Shown one piece after another: positions 32,301 through 51,961 of a stretch of DNA of 51,961 nucleotides. The stretch covers positions 62,001-113,961 of the forward strand of contig KZ538154.1 in assembly GCA_000934665.2 (NCBI GenBank). Reading direction: 5' to 3'. The notes below the pieces were generated by a model, which worked only from the letters and a program-made list of their open reading frames with translations, ran no database searches and was not told the origin of the DNA. The DNA is from Catajapyx aquilonaris (lineage: Eukaryota). Position 1 is the stretch's first letter. Each line of letters opens with the position of its first letter. A program made the position numbers and the translations under genes.

Positions 32301-33190
32301 CATCTCCAATGATCTGCACCATCAGGCATTTCAAGTCCAAGCCACACAGTCCAAAACATTTTTTCTGCAAAAATGGTGTGCTCAGTTGAAGCCTGTTTAT
32401 CATTAACGTTATTATACAATAACCTATTACCTCTTAGATATTCCTGAACTATCCAATTATGAATGCTGGCCAGTGTTGCATTTTCATGCATCCGCATACA
32501 TTTTTTCTCAGCCCTGTACCACGAAGCGGTCTCTTTGGATACATAGTAGCAGGCATCTTCAATGCGCTCCCAGGCCATAGGGCATGGATCTGCGGAATAG
32601 CATGATAAATATCATTAATTCAGTAATTAATATATTCCAAAGATCATTACTTGCGTTAACTCTGCATGCAAAGTGAAACTTGTTCTTGCACTTTTTCCGT
32701 TTCCATTTCCCACTTGAAGAAATATGCCCACACTGTTTGTTATCAATTAAGGGCATATTACCCCAAAATGAGAAGTCTTTGGGGGTCTTGTCACTCCATT
32801 GCCAATTGCCATCTTTTTGGTACAGGCCAATCCACATGTTCCAAAACATTTTACCTGTAACAGTGAGTGTAGTTGATAATGAACAAATTGATCATAACTT
32901 CATGGTGTATTTACCTTTGATAAATTTCATCTCTGCTTCTGTGTTCAAACAGAGTATATTTGACTCCGGGTCCATCCATTTACAATATTCCTGCCCTTCC
33001 TGCCAACTTCCCCTTGGGTCTGCAACATGGTAGCAGTAATCCTGAAACAACTCCCATTCTGAAGGGCATATGTCACATTTAGCAACTGAAAAAAAATCAA
33101 TTAATTATTATTGATTCCAAATACTAGTTTGTGTAACACAATATTACCTTTCAACTTCAGGAAAAGGACAAACAATAATAACGACTTCAT
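29347..33190 (-). CDS. Lectin-protease gene D: signal peptide, 4 C-type lectin domains, CCP-like, active S1A protease, C-terminal degenerate basic C-type lectin domain
   Basis: Exon 33148-33190 (MKSLLLFVLFLKLK) joins VAKCDICPSEWELFQDYCY. CTL hallmarks: WIGL, WLGL...EPD, WVGQ, WIGL. CCP-like module ends CRPICG...TF/IHNG; protease has WPWH, TAGHC, EADIA, NVCTGDSGGG. An in-frame splice leads to CPQNWYGNPPTCYWF; a predicted 59-nt last intron gives HRCRIFRFKEICTKKCKRQRAKIGCKRRVG-stop. Confidence 0.85.
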
Positions 33191-34391
33191 GATCAGTATG
33201 GTTCAGAAATACTGAACAGGGAATTATAATTGTGGTTTTTTCCGCCACTATGCTGATAACCTTATCTGACTTTTCCGGTTCCTCTACCAGTCTACCTTCA
33301 AAAAGCACGTCACTAAGCATGTAAAGGTGGAACCGGTAATGAAAATCTATCACTAATAATAGCCCATGTTACGAAGCCCCTCAGCGTTATATTCTCGTGA
33401 AATGAGGGAAAATGAGTGAGCCATTAACTTTCGTCAGTGTACTGGACTTGCAATTGTAATTAAGTTAATTACTATTCACAACATTTTGAGATTCACTGCT
33501 TGATTAAACATGTGTCGCAAAACCTTTTACTTGCTTTCCTGCTTTGTGAAATCCACCATCTTCCTGATTTGCCTCAACAAGTCAATTTACGTCATGTGAG
33601 GTTATTTCCCCCTGAATTTCCAAATCATATCCTAACCGAGACAAGACTATCTGCAGTACACCCTCTCTTCACATACCAAATAGGCTCTGACATGATTATT
33701 TTTATTTATTCAATTTGAAGGATGTTTGCGTCTCAATAGTGACATCACACAATGAAAGGTCTGTCTCTTCATGTCACAACCACATTTTTCCTATAAGTTG
33801 GAGAAAAAATTAAAACAATTATAACAATTACTGCATTGATACCTGACACCATTTGTGATCTTGAATTCGTACCCAGTAATTGCTGTGGAAACATCCCACT
33901 GTATGTATAACTAACAGGGAATTACAGCACAATACAACTAAATGGTTGTGCAATGAAGTAAACTAATACTCACTTTAAAATTACATCACAATTAAGAAGA
34001 TTGACGTCAAAAGAAATTGAACAAGTTGATTATCAAAAGAGTTTTATTAATAGCATGAAAATCCATAAGCTACTGCTGCAGCATGAGTCACATTACATTA
34101 CAAAGAACAAGTAATGGTGATATAAACCTTTCAGCAGCTGAGTTATTTACTTACAACTAACATGCTTCTAATAGTAATAATCTACTTTATTTGAAATCAT
34201 AACTGCAATGTATCAGTTCACCACTTTTCAGCTATCCTCAACCCTTGTTTCAGCTGTTCCTTTTTCCTGTGAATCCCAGAGTTATTGAACTATTGATACA
34301 TGGACATTTGCATATTACAGGCTTCCGAGGAGTCACAATAGTAGTCATACCCAAGTTATGGCAAAGCTGATACTATTCGGTTGCTCCTTAA

Positions 34392-34677
34392 CCCTTAACT
34401 AGTGACCTGGAAAATCCTAACACTCATGGTGACCTGGGGTGTTTAAAGACCCCAGGGGATTTTAAAATATAAATTGCATTTAATGATAAATATTTGCTTT
34501 TTAATAAATTTTTTTACACAACACCTGAAACTGTTTTCTACAATTTGGTTTAATTTTCAACTCTCTAGCTGCCGTAGAACGGAATTTAAAAAATCATATA
34601 CCTAACTACAATTAAACATTTTATAACAAAAAAATTGCACCTGGGGTGTTGAAAGACCCCAGGTCACCAGTTAAGTG
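34392..34677. mobile_element. piggyBac-like MITE
   Basis: TTAA|CCCTTAACTAGTGACCTGG ... CCAGGTCACCAGTTAAGTG|TTAA; subterminal repeated hairpin CCTGGGGTGTT(T/G)AAAGACCCCAGG at both ends. Confidence 0.8.
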
Positions 34678-35871
34678 TTAATCTATGGAAAGCACATGAT
34701 TCGAGTAATACAACAAAGGTTTTAAGCAATAAATGGAAACCACTGTATATTAAATATCTGCATTTGGTTCGGAGATGTAACATGCTCAAAGATACTCAAT
34801 TTGTAAAAAATATTATGTTTTGATTCTACATGTACGTACACGCATGATCCATCTGCATGTAACGGTGGGGTCAGTGTAAGAAAATAGGGGCCATACCTGG
34901 CCACACCCAGCTCTACAGAATTTACGCATCTAAGCATGGCTTACTGCCAATTTGGCTCTCTGAGATGCAGTTTGAAAATATTTGAATTTGACTTCAAAAT
35001 GCAATCTACAGGTGGTTACGTAAACAATGGTAAAGTTTACCTCATTTATGCACCAGGCCTTATGTGAGAATTTTGTACACGTATTTCAACAAAGCTAACC
35101 AATGCTTGGGTATGACCACTTATAGAAACATTAGCTTGTTGATGCATGTTAGAAACGTCATACAATGGTAATTAATACAAAATAAAATTTTCTCTTCCAC
35201 TCACAAACCATTTGTCAACCAACTGACTAAGAACTCCGGCCATAGTAGTAAGTGAAGAACATTAATAAGGCGCATATTTCTCTTTTACCACAAACTGGTG
35301 GCACTCATGCCAAAAGAGTGTAGGCAGACGGAGACCACTCGATTCACATGTCTCCGGCACTTTGATCCCATTTGCATAGATTTTGGATGGACAATTGTAA
35401 AAATAATAAAGCCATGCATGCAATTAGTGGAACCTATAAATTCACAACCTGAATCACATTATCACAGTCTTGATAACTAATACATGTATGAAAAGTACTA
35501 CGATGCCATGACTATTTTAGATCTTTTAGCAGGCTGTTACACCCAATAAACATTCGATAAAATAGAGATACAACAAAAGCAACAGATAATGGATTTTACA
35601 ACCACAAAGTTAAACTATATTGTAGAACATTAAGTGAGAAAACATTGTTATAAACAGGTACTAGTACTTCCAAACCACATTTCCTTGTTCACAATCCTTG
35701 GTAAGATTCTCTAATACTGAGCCATCACTGGAAAAGTACAAATTGCCCAAATACTGGCACAAACTGCTTATGTGACAACCAATGTACTGGTATAAGTACC
35801 GCTGAATAAAAGTAATCCTCTTCTGTACTTGAGAAAGGTTCAGTCATTTTAAAGGCACAGTGATTTGCATT

Positions 35872-42749
<6,878 letters not shown>

Positions 42750-45700
42750 CTCGTTATGATCTCCTGAACCCCAATTAGTGACTTGCAGTTTGCATGACAG
42801 TGTCTGGAATCACTTGTCCTTGAAGTAAACAGGAAAACTGATATGTATGCACTTCTCTACATAGGTATAGTCTAAATCCCTGCAGCATTGTCCTATAATA
42901 GCACATGCAATATTGCAATAATTTAACTCTCAACAATGTCAATACTAATATTAACTTGTAGCCTTTCACATATAAAATATTCCACTCAAAAAATACTTCC
43001 TGTTACTAATTCTATTAAAAATGCTGGATGTTGACATATGTCCACGATATGCAGAAAAGGGTGAAAATTTCACTTTGCAAAATTACGGAAATTTACATAT
43101 GCTGTGGCCTACAGTACGCATGACACGCAGTACTACGACCTTGAAAATCCTGATATTTTAAAATCCCACGCGCATATACCGCTCTCTAATTAACCCCAGG
43201 ACAAATATTGCATAACACGTAATAAACACAACTTCCATAAAAATTTACGCTTCACCGCCATTTCTTATTTCCAACCTACATTACTGTAAAAAAAAAATTA
43301 TGCTGTAACACCCACCACCACCGGTTTGTTCCTATGCTTCACACAACTTACAAGCCTTACAAGCAGGTGTAACCAACAAAAAAAACAACTGGAGTGACTC
43401 ACCAGCTGTTCAATACCCTCCCGAATATTGACCCGTACTGTATATCTGACCCTTAGGATACAGTAACTTTGGGATCTGTATTACCTTGCAGTTTTTTAGT
43501 ACGTCTCTTTTGCTTCTTGTCTGCTCAACAGCTCCCTCTCAACTCCGCCTTCTTCCGTCAGACTCCCCCGTCCCCCCAAAAAATCACATTCCCGGCAATT
43601 CAGGGTTGGCAACATGCAGATTTTCGCGAGTTTGGCGAGGGATTAGTAGTGATGACTCACCCGGTACTTTTGATCAGCAGTATTCGAATAATTCAATTTC
43701 TGTAAATGCAAAATTGCGGATTATGCAACTGACCTTGTTGGTGCAAAGAGCTACACCCTTATGTCCACATTTACAATGTTACGTAATGCTCGGAAATTGT
43801 TACCAATGCATTACCCAAAAACATAATTTTTTAATTATAAAGTATGCAAATTTTGCGACAATATATTCGCAAAGCTGGCCATATCTGGCAGATAAGCGAT
43901 AAGGTCACTTCCTTGGCTTATTTGTGCACATGTTGCTTCCCAGCGATAATATGCAAAACAACGATATAGGCAAATGTATGCAGTCCACGTTTTTAAAGGA
44001 ATTTCCTGTTATTGTCGCAGTGTTGCCCACAATTGACCTGAATTGTTCAGGTCGTAGTATGTATGACCTCCTTTCACCTGCACGTGACAATACCCCAATT
44101 TTTCCGCATACAGAATATTTTATGAAACTGCTTTAAAAAAAATCAGTGACATAAGGAGCCAGATGGCAAACTGTAATAAACTCGATGCAAATTGCACACT
44201 CAAGATATAATGTTTTACGAGTGAATAAAGATGCCAAGGAGGAATAAATTGGAGAGGTACCAACGAGTGACGTGAATGAGGCAGCTGCCTGTTTCGCACA
44301 TTCATGCTGACTTATGGCCATCATGTTCATATCTCCTGTTCTGTTCGGTGGACTGACACGTTGTCCCCAGAGAACAAAGCTTCATTGGGCAACTGCAATG
44401 TGCCAGTATAATTATCAGCACACACTGGGATGACAACGAGGATTGTATTACGAAATACATAAGAATATGCGAGGCCCATCATTGCGTAATAAAAATATAA
44501 AGTATATGATACATGTTTTGTATGCAATTGGCATATGATAAATAACCTCTTATCCAAGTCCATATTGCCATATAATGTCAATACATAATGAATATGATTG
44601 TGATGGATTGGACTATTGTCATTTTTTTTTCCTACTAGAAACTAGAGATTGCTTACACAAGACAAATTATAGGGTTATGCAACAGAAGTCCAGATGTTGG
44701 GTCTCATGCAATGTAAACAAAATCGTGTCCCTGAACGCGAGATTCCATCATGTGTGGAGTTGGAGATATGTTCGAAAATAATATACTGTATAGGTCTTAG
44801 TACAAGTATACACTAGAGCTTATATTTAGAGCTTTTTTTAAATTTGAAAAATCTGACCTACATTGATATCCAACAGTTAAAACGTAACAAATAGAAAGTT
44901 ACTCACGTAGACATGTACAGTGATATGTGTATGCAATCCCATTGACAGTGATTGTCATTCGAATCTATTGTTTATCATCAGTGACCAGCCATGCCATATT
45001 TTTTAACTTGCAGGTATTGAGTTACTTTTATGCACCAATAAAGGGTGCTCTGACCTTATTTCATCACAGCAGAAGTCCTCATTGCTACTCAGAGTTTTCC
45101 CCAGACAATGCATTACACGGTTCACTGGTGATTACTTTGTAATCAGTGCCACTTGATGTGTAATGAAAGGATCTACTAATAGTAACGAAATTTTGTGTCA
45201 ATGATTAATTAAATTTAATATCAGTTTAAAATATATTGTGTAATGACATGGATAATATCATGCATAACACAAAATTCACACTTCTTGCCATAACACATGA
45301 AATTTTTGTTGATGGCAAGATATTACATGTGGCTTGCCTTTTGAGCCGTGAACACTTGAGAGAATTCCTACCAAGAAAGATACTCGTACCGGTACTTCAT
45401 TCATTCATTCATTCCACTCACAGCATATTCCTAAGACGGGGTTACCAGCGATGAACAGGAACAATCCACCTGGCTATCTCGTACAACCAGTTTATATGAA
45501 CTGGTGCTTAAGGGTAGCAAAATGAACACCCGCCTGCACATACTTGCAGAACCCCCTCAACCTGCCTGCAACTCTCAGCTGCAGGTCTGCAACTCTGCGG
45601 GCGGGCGCTCATATTGCTGCCCTTGTTTCTACACAGTTTTATTATATCCTGCACAACAATGAAACAGATGCAGAACAAAATAGGGCAATTAGACATTGCT

Positions 45701-45863
45701 GTTCCAACAAAACTGATGTCTGACTGCAGCAGGCCTTTTTGTTCGTAAATAATTGATGAATCAAATTGTAACCTACCCAATGTTTTGAAATGCTTGGAAA
45801 CTTCCAGGACTATAGGTGGGGTAAAAATTAGTACTGAAACTCACTCTAAAAGTCTAAAACATG

Positions 45864-45869
45864 TTTATT
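45864..45869 (-). terminator. Candidate polyadenylation signal of MSH4
   Basis: AATAAA on the minus strand ~250 nt after the stop. Confidence 0.5.
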
Positions 45870-46114
45870 AATCAACCCTCCATTTCATACAGCTTTGTAC
45901 TCATGCACTTTGTTTTGATATTTCAAGATATACCGTATTGACACAGCTCACATACCGACATAGTGAATGCCAACTGCTTGTATACCCTGCAGTGTGTCAA
46001 CTTTCAAATAACTGAATTGGCAAACTTTCTATATCAACCATTTTTTTGGAATGTAACAACTTCACAAACTTGTAACAACAAAAATATAGATCTTTGAAAC
46101 ATCACAGCCACAAT

Positions 46115-49100
46115 TCAGATATTCTGACATCCTGCTTTATCATGGAGACTGGGTGTAACCTGGCAACACTCTTCCATGAATTGCATCTTCAATTCCTCAC
46201 AAACAGTGGCTAAGTTCTCATCTGACGACTTGTAGTTTCTGGCCACCATAAACAAGTTTGCTGCCAGGATGTAAGTTGCCCTATCCATTGCATCAACAGC
46301 CACTGGCTTCAAGTCATTCTGGACCAATTCATTACAACTTATTAGAGTACTGTAAAATCTCACAAACAATACAGGGTGTTTCTTACTAGTTAGATCTTGC
46401 TGCTAATGTAATCATTAGCCCAATATGTAAAAATGTAGTGGTCAGAAACATTGAGGGACCAACTGGTAACAAGGTAGATGACCAGGAAATAGGAAAAAAA
46501 TTATTTCACTATTTCATATCGTTATATTGCATAGGATATTGCCTGTTAACAGGGAAATGCCATAATGTTGATGATAATGACAGTGGGTCTCCTGACTCCT
46601 GAAGATGACTCCACCTTCAAATTGATTTTTACAATTTTGGTTTTTGCAGTGTTTGAATAGTCACTCCACAATAATTAGCATCAAACCTTTTTTTAAAGCA
46701 TTATGACCAGTGGTAACAAGATAAATATAAGGCAATACTTACACTCTGGTGTGGGGCCAAACTGGCAGATATCTCTTTGGCTGTTTCCAGTACTTTATTT
46801 GGCATGGATGTCATGGCTGCTAGACGAAGACCGTAGTTTGATGTTGGTGTGACCCCTTCAGTTAAGTGGTATGTGTATCGCAGGTTGCTCCTGTAGCTAT
46901 CCCCACTATTCTCTTCTACTGTTTCAAAATGATGGCTGCAAATCATAAGTTGCAGTGTTTATATGTAGTGAAAGCATGTGAAAGCTAATACTTGTTGCAG
47001 AACTGCATCATAACGCTAATGAGTTATAGTGAAAGGATACAATGCAGCTTGCTCTCCCAATGGTTTCTCTGAATTCATGACCATGTATGATTCAGAAATT
47101 TACAATGACAGTCAATATTGACCATTGCGTTAATATAATTAAGCAAATGCTATCCAAGTGAAATTTATGGAGACTCCAAACTAAGCAAACCATGAAACCA
47201 CTCACTCACCTCTAGAGTGAGTCAAGTGGTTTCAGGGTAGATGTAGATAAAATTTTGGTAGCTAAAATTTGACATGACTAAACAGTACGTACTTGGAGAC
47301 ATTGAAGTACAAAGCCTGCAGCTTGGTAAGGGGTAGATGATGTGTGGCCACAAATACAAACGCAGTGGTTTTGATTAGTTGTTCACACAATGTCCAAGAT
47401 ATGCTGGTGCCTTCTTCATTCGAGGTTCCTTTACCTAGCTCATCAATTATCACCAGAGATTTGTTGCCAACATTTTGCAATATGTACTTCATCTCCATCA
47501 TCTGAAATTTGACAACATTAAAAACTTTGTAGACCACATTTCATCACAGAGAGCTGAGAAGAAACTGTTCCGACCTCCAGTGTGAAAGTAGATGCATTAT
47601 TCTCTATACTGTCTTCAGTTCCAATTCGAGAGAAAATTTGATCTGCAATCCTGAATGACGCCTTTTCAGCTGGTACAAAGCACCCCACCTACAATAACAT
47701 CTTCTTTTAGTTATAAAACATCTACTAATCCTCTTAAAACTTTCAATGTGATCCTACCTGGGCCACGACCTGAAGTAGAGCAATTTGTCTCAGATAAGTG
47801 CTCTTCCCACTCATGTTTGGTCCAGTCACTATCTGCATATTGGACTCAGTAGATGCATACTGCAAATGAGCAACCATGAACACACAAACCACAAAACCAA
47901 CACACAAATTGGCATGGCATGACTCACAATGTTGTTAGGTACTGCGTTGTCTTTGATGGTCTCTAGTATGGGATGCCTGCCTTTCCTAATGGCCAGGGTA
48001 TCTGAGAATTTTGGACGGATGCAGCAGCTGATAGAAGAGTATTGCGTGAAAGCAACTAGCATGTCCAGGTGGGCTACAGCTTCACTTAGATAGTAAAGGC
48101 AGCCCATATGCTGTCGAAGGGTTCCAATCAAGGCTGTTATCACTCTGGAATTGTCATAAATAAAATATTACACAGAGAAAAAACATCATATTCACAACAT
48201 TTTCCTATAAAGGCTGTTTTCTCTCTGCACTCTTGTGCAGTATACATCGCTTTAGTTCTAGGGAGTATTCATATCATCCCATTAGTTAAAAATCAAAACT
48301 TACATGTTGCTCATAGACTGTATCTCTTCTAGAGCATCTTTTGCACGCCTGTCACAGTCTATCAGATACTGGGTGGTACAGGTAATCATTTTGTTGCGAG
48401 ACTTCTGAACCTGAGAAGAAACAGTATCACTTCATTGCTGCAAAACTAACATGAGCTTGTGCACTACCTGTATGAAGATATCAGGCAATGTCTGCTGTCG
48501 TTCTTGATTGTTTCCAAAACCAATTACAAAATGAAAACCATTCTGTGTTGTCTGGCGCAGCTGGATGGGAAGATTGTACTCTTCCGCCAAGCTGTCAGCA
48601 TAATCTACAGGATAATTATTCAATTGCTTATCCATATGTAATGAGATTTGAATTAAGTACAAAAAAAACAAGAATTCTGTAGTTCACAGCGTGGTTATAA
48701 TCATACAGATATCAGCTTATTCACAAGTAAAGAACAATATTTGAATAGATGATAACAAAATCATGCCAGACTTGAGGTAAAAACTAGGAACTTCAAAGTG
48801 GAAGGGAGTGAAGAAAACCACTCGATTATCGCAGGTAGAAAAAAAAGATGCAATAAAGTAACCCACTGCTAATATCCTCAATGAGCTCGCAGTAAATCTT
48901 CCTTGCTACATCCAGTAGGCCGTTGAGTTTTGGTCTAATGGCAAAGCATCTTTGATGTCTCATGGCTTCACTGCCTTTTTGAATTCGTGCATCATCACTT
49001 ATTACCAAGCGCATATGCTCCAGCATGGTCTCATAGCGAGGGTCAGATAGTTGCTGTCACAGAAAATTTCATAATTGAAATACCGAATCTCAATACCTGA

Positions 49101-51961
49101 ACATTCTGTCTAGTTCACCTATGGTAAACAAACAAATATATTTTATACATACAAAATCATATGGAAACAATCTTTATGAGTTATGATGATGATGATAATG
49201 ATGATGAGAGAGAGAGAGACTAAAATAATTGTTATAATTATTATGTGGTAACCTCCTTCACAGCCACAAAGTATGGATTGGTGGCCCCCTCAAGGGTAGC
49301 TTGCAACGGGGCTATTAATCCCAACACTGTCTTGAGTCCAATTACAAAATTGATCCTCTGCTCTGCCACTGCAGGAGTCATTCTCGATGGATCCTGAACG
49401 CACTGTGCCAAGAGGTAGTCAACGTCCACAAAGTTGCCCAGGACCGTCTTAAAACAAAAAATTATCCGTGTATTAGAACAATAGCAGCAATAGCGTGCTT
49501 CGACTTACCTGCAAGCCATAAAATAGTTCAGGTTGCTCAATCATTTCCTGCACGCAATCAAGCCTTCCCTGTATGGTGGGTAGGTGGGAGGGAGGTTGCA
49601 GCAGATTGGCCCTTAGCAGCTTGAGGCCACCTCGTACACGGCATTTGCTCATGACCCCAAAAAGGGAATGACCTGATGTCGGCTGCTTCAAATTCTGAAG
49701 GATCTCCAGGCGCTGAAGTGTATTAATATCTGTAAAAAACGAGTGCAACACTTTATTTCTGAAGGACCACAGTGATACTGCAAGTGGTATATGATCAGTA
49801 TAAAATCCATTTTGTGCCACATGAGTAACAAGATAGAAGTAGGCATACTTTGAAAATGATAACATTAGAAACAAAAATTTGCCTCCTCAATTTCAAATTC
49901 ATTTTAAGTAACACTGGATTTTTAAGAGTTCTGAGCTTTAAAACACCTTGCGTTATGCAGGACAGTCAGTGTATAATTAAAGTCATTAACAAATACTGCT
50001 TTATGTTGCACTTGCCTATCATGGTGGTGTTCTCTGATCCTTGAAATTCAACCTTGAGAGTCTCCTGGGCATAAACAAATGTCTCAGTTACTTCAAGTGA
50101 CTTCAAGAGTGCAGCAGCTGCTGAGAGACAGTAATACCTGATAAAGAGACTATATTAATGACTGTACGCTGGACAGACTTGTGCACAAGAGATTAATTTC
50201 CTTCTGGTAGTTTTATTACAAGGCTGCTGTTTCAACTTTTTTGTCCGAACACTTATCGGAAATATTGCACTATAAGCTGCTACTTTGTAAGCTGTGACTT
50301 GCAACCGGTTTGTTGGAGGAATGGGGAATATTCCCTGCGAATCTTAGGTTGAAGTGACATACACTGCTTACAAAGTAACAGCTTAGTGTAATATTTCCGA
50401 TAACTGTTCGGACAAAAAAGTTAAAACACCCTGTATGTACAGTGTGGTCCAAGTATCAGGGTCCTTTTAGCATTGCAAATTTCACTCAAAGTGTCGTGCA
50501 TTGTGCCCCAATCGAGGTGCCCAACTATTCCCAGGTATGGTCGAATATAACCGCTGCTGTATAATTCGAAACCTCAATTGTCGTGCAGAAAGATACACAA
50601 AAATAACAACTTCAGGGATGATAAATAAACGAATCTGGATACTTGAAACACACTGTATAGGGTCTACAAATGAAATGTTTGTAGTGGTTAGCAGTTTTTT
50701 GACACTAAGCTGCTTACTTTTAATCATATTATTTATGGATAATTACTTTTAGTGGCTATCAAAAGTACATGAATAAAATTTCTCATACTTCTGTGTGAGC
50801 TGCAGGTCCACAGAGGCGTACTCAGGTGCACAGAGGAACTTGATACGCCGCATCCCCATAGCCTCACAAAAGAAAGACCTGGGCAGAGAAGTTATGACAG
50901 TGTTGGGGAACTCCTCTTGCAGTTCTCGCATCAGGTTACTTTTTAAAGCTGTGTGAGGGACCACAATCTTCGCTGGGTCCAGCATATGGAGCTTAGTCAC
51001 TGTTCGCACATGGGTTGCGCTGTCGCTGAACTGGCACAAAATCAGAGATGGGCTTTGAAGGTCGATGCTTGCTAGTCCAACCTCTCCTCTTGCCTCACAC
51101 CTGCCTTCCACTACAGCTGGATGGATGGAACAATGTGTATTTTGCAAATGTAATGAATATGAACAATTCAGATGTGAAAATACTTGCACAAAATATAGCA
51201 CAGCAACATACAAGTATAATAATCTCATACAGCAATAAGTACAGAGAAACCTCAATTAATTACTTATTGAAGAAAATTCTTATTTTACTATTCGGCTTTA
51301 TATTAACGTTACATGTAATGTGATGATGCTTTTACCAACAATGGTGGAACCCATGTCAGTTGCTGTAACAGTAGAACGCGAAGTTTGTACAGTTCCAGGA
51401 GTTCGACGCTGAGCAGTGTAACTGGTGGATGGTGTTGTGCTAGAAAGAGGAAAGGTGGCACTGCAATTCAATTGCTCAAGAAGCAAAACTCTAGCCAAGT
51501 GGGATTAAGTGCACGCAGACTGTGACACAGCACAGTACATCAGGACGCCTCCCTATGCATGAACATTTGACGGTAGTATTGCAAAAGAAGTTGTCATGTA
51601 TGGTTTAGTAATATTTCAAAAGAGTGCGTCACAAACAAAAATCAAAATAAATAAACCTCACCCTTTTCTCTTCATCATTACATTTGCTGGAGTTGACATT
51701 CTTGCACTACTCCGAGCAGTTGAATTGGCTGTGGTGCTCCCAGTCACGAAGCTCCTGCAAAACATTCACAAGAAGACTTTCAGGGGTTAGCTACTCCATT
51801 TGTTAATGTGGAGTATGCATTACAGGTACTGAAATTATTCATTACTACATCATACTTTTTTTCGATGGGAAGCACTAGATCCTATAATTTTTGCTTGATT
51901 ATATGACATTTGGAAAAGTCTTTCCAATTTAACTTTACCAATGTTAAAGCAAAAAAACCAA
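46115..51961 (-). CDS. MSH4: MutS homolog 4 (meiotic crossover MutS-gamma subunit), multi-exon, 5' end outside window
   Basis: [45 protein letters not shown], Walker [32 protein letters not shown], Walker [24 protein letters not shown]; Ser/Thr-rich N-terminal exons in place of a mismatch-binding domain. Confidence 0.93.
49183..49218. repeat. Compound microsatellite (ATG)n-(GA)n in MSH4 intron
   Basis: atgatgatgatgataatgatgatgagagagagagag. Confidence 0.8.
50219..50433. mobile_element. Tc1/mariner-type MITE in MSH4 intron
   Basis: Inverted arms AACTTTTTTGTCCGAACACTTATCGGAAATATT / AATATTTCCGATAACTGTTCGGACAAAAAAGTT; right end CACCCTG|TA; left end degenerate after a TA. Confidence 0.7.
50440..50655. 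mobile_element. Second Tc1/mariner-type MITE immediately adjacent
   Basis: TA|CAGTGTGGTCCAAGTATC ... GATACTTGAAACACACTG|TA. Confidence 0.65.

Noticed and set aside
33144..33353. ORF-track 69-aa ORF as the start of gene D
   Set aside because: Wrong frame; the ATG at 33190 gives a signal peptide and the correct phase-1 junction.
43469..45780. Short ORFs between ABCC and MSH4
   Set aside because: No recognisable domains or consistent splice structure; this is likely promoter and intergenic DNA.

Overview
Compact, intron-rich eukaryotic genomic DNA with many ~50-60 nt GT-AG introns, from an invertebrate animal (probably an arthropod; this is inferred from gene content, not established). Left to right: the 3' part of PRPF8 (+); a ~23 kb cluster of four secreted modular S1A serine protease genes related to insect ModSP/HP14 and Limulus factor C-like proteases; a complete ABCC5-like short MRP transporter (-); and most of MSH4 (-, 5'-truncated). 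The cluster is the most interesting part. Gene A (-) is LDLa x4-CCP-CCP-active protease-CCP-dead protease. Gene B (-) is LDLa x2-polyArg/low complexity-CCP-CCP-protease. Gene C (+) is LDLa-CCP x3-protease, with a candidate alternative terminal exon giving a protease-less form. Gene D (-) is C-type lectin x4-CCP-protease-C-type lectin. Introns and intergenic DNA carry many MITEs (Tc4/Tc5-like, Tc1/mariner-like, piggyBac-like, hAT-like). All exon models were assembled by hand from splice signals and reading frame and need transcript confirmation.
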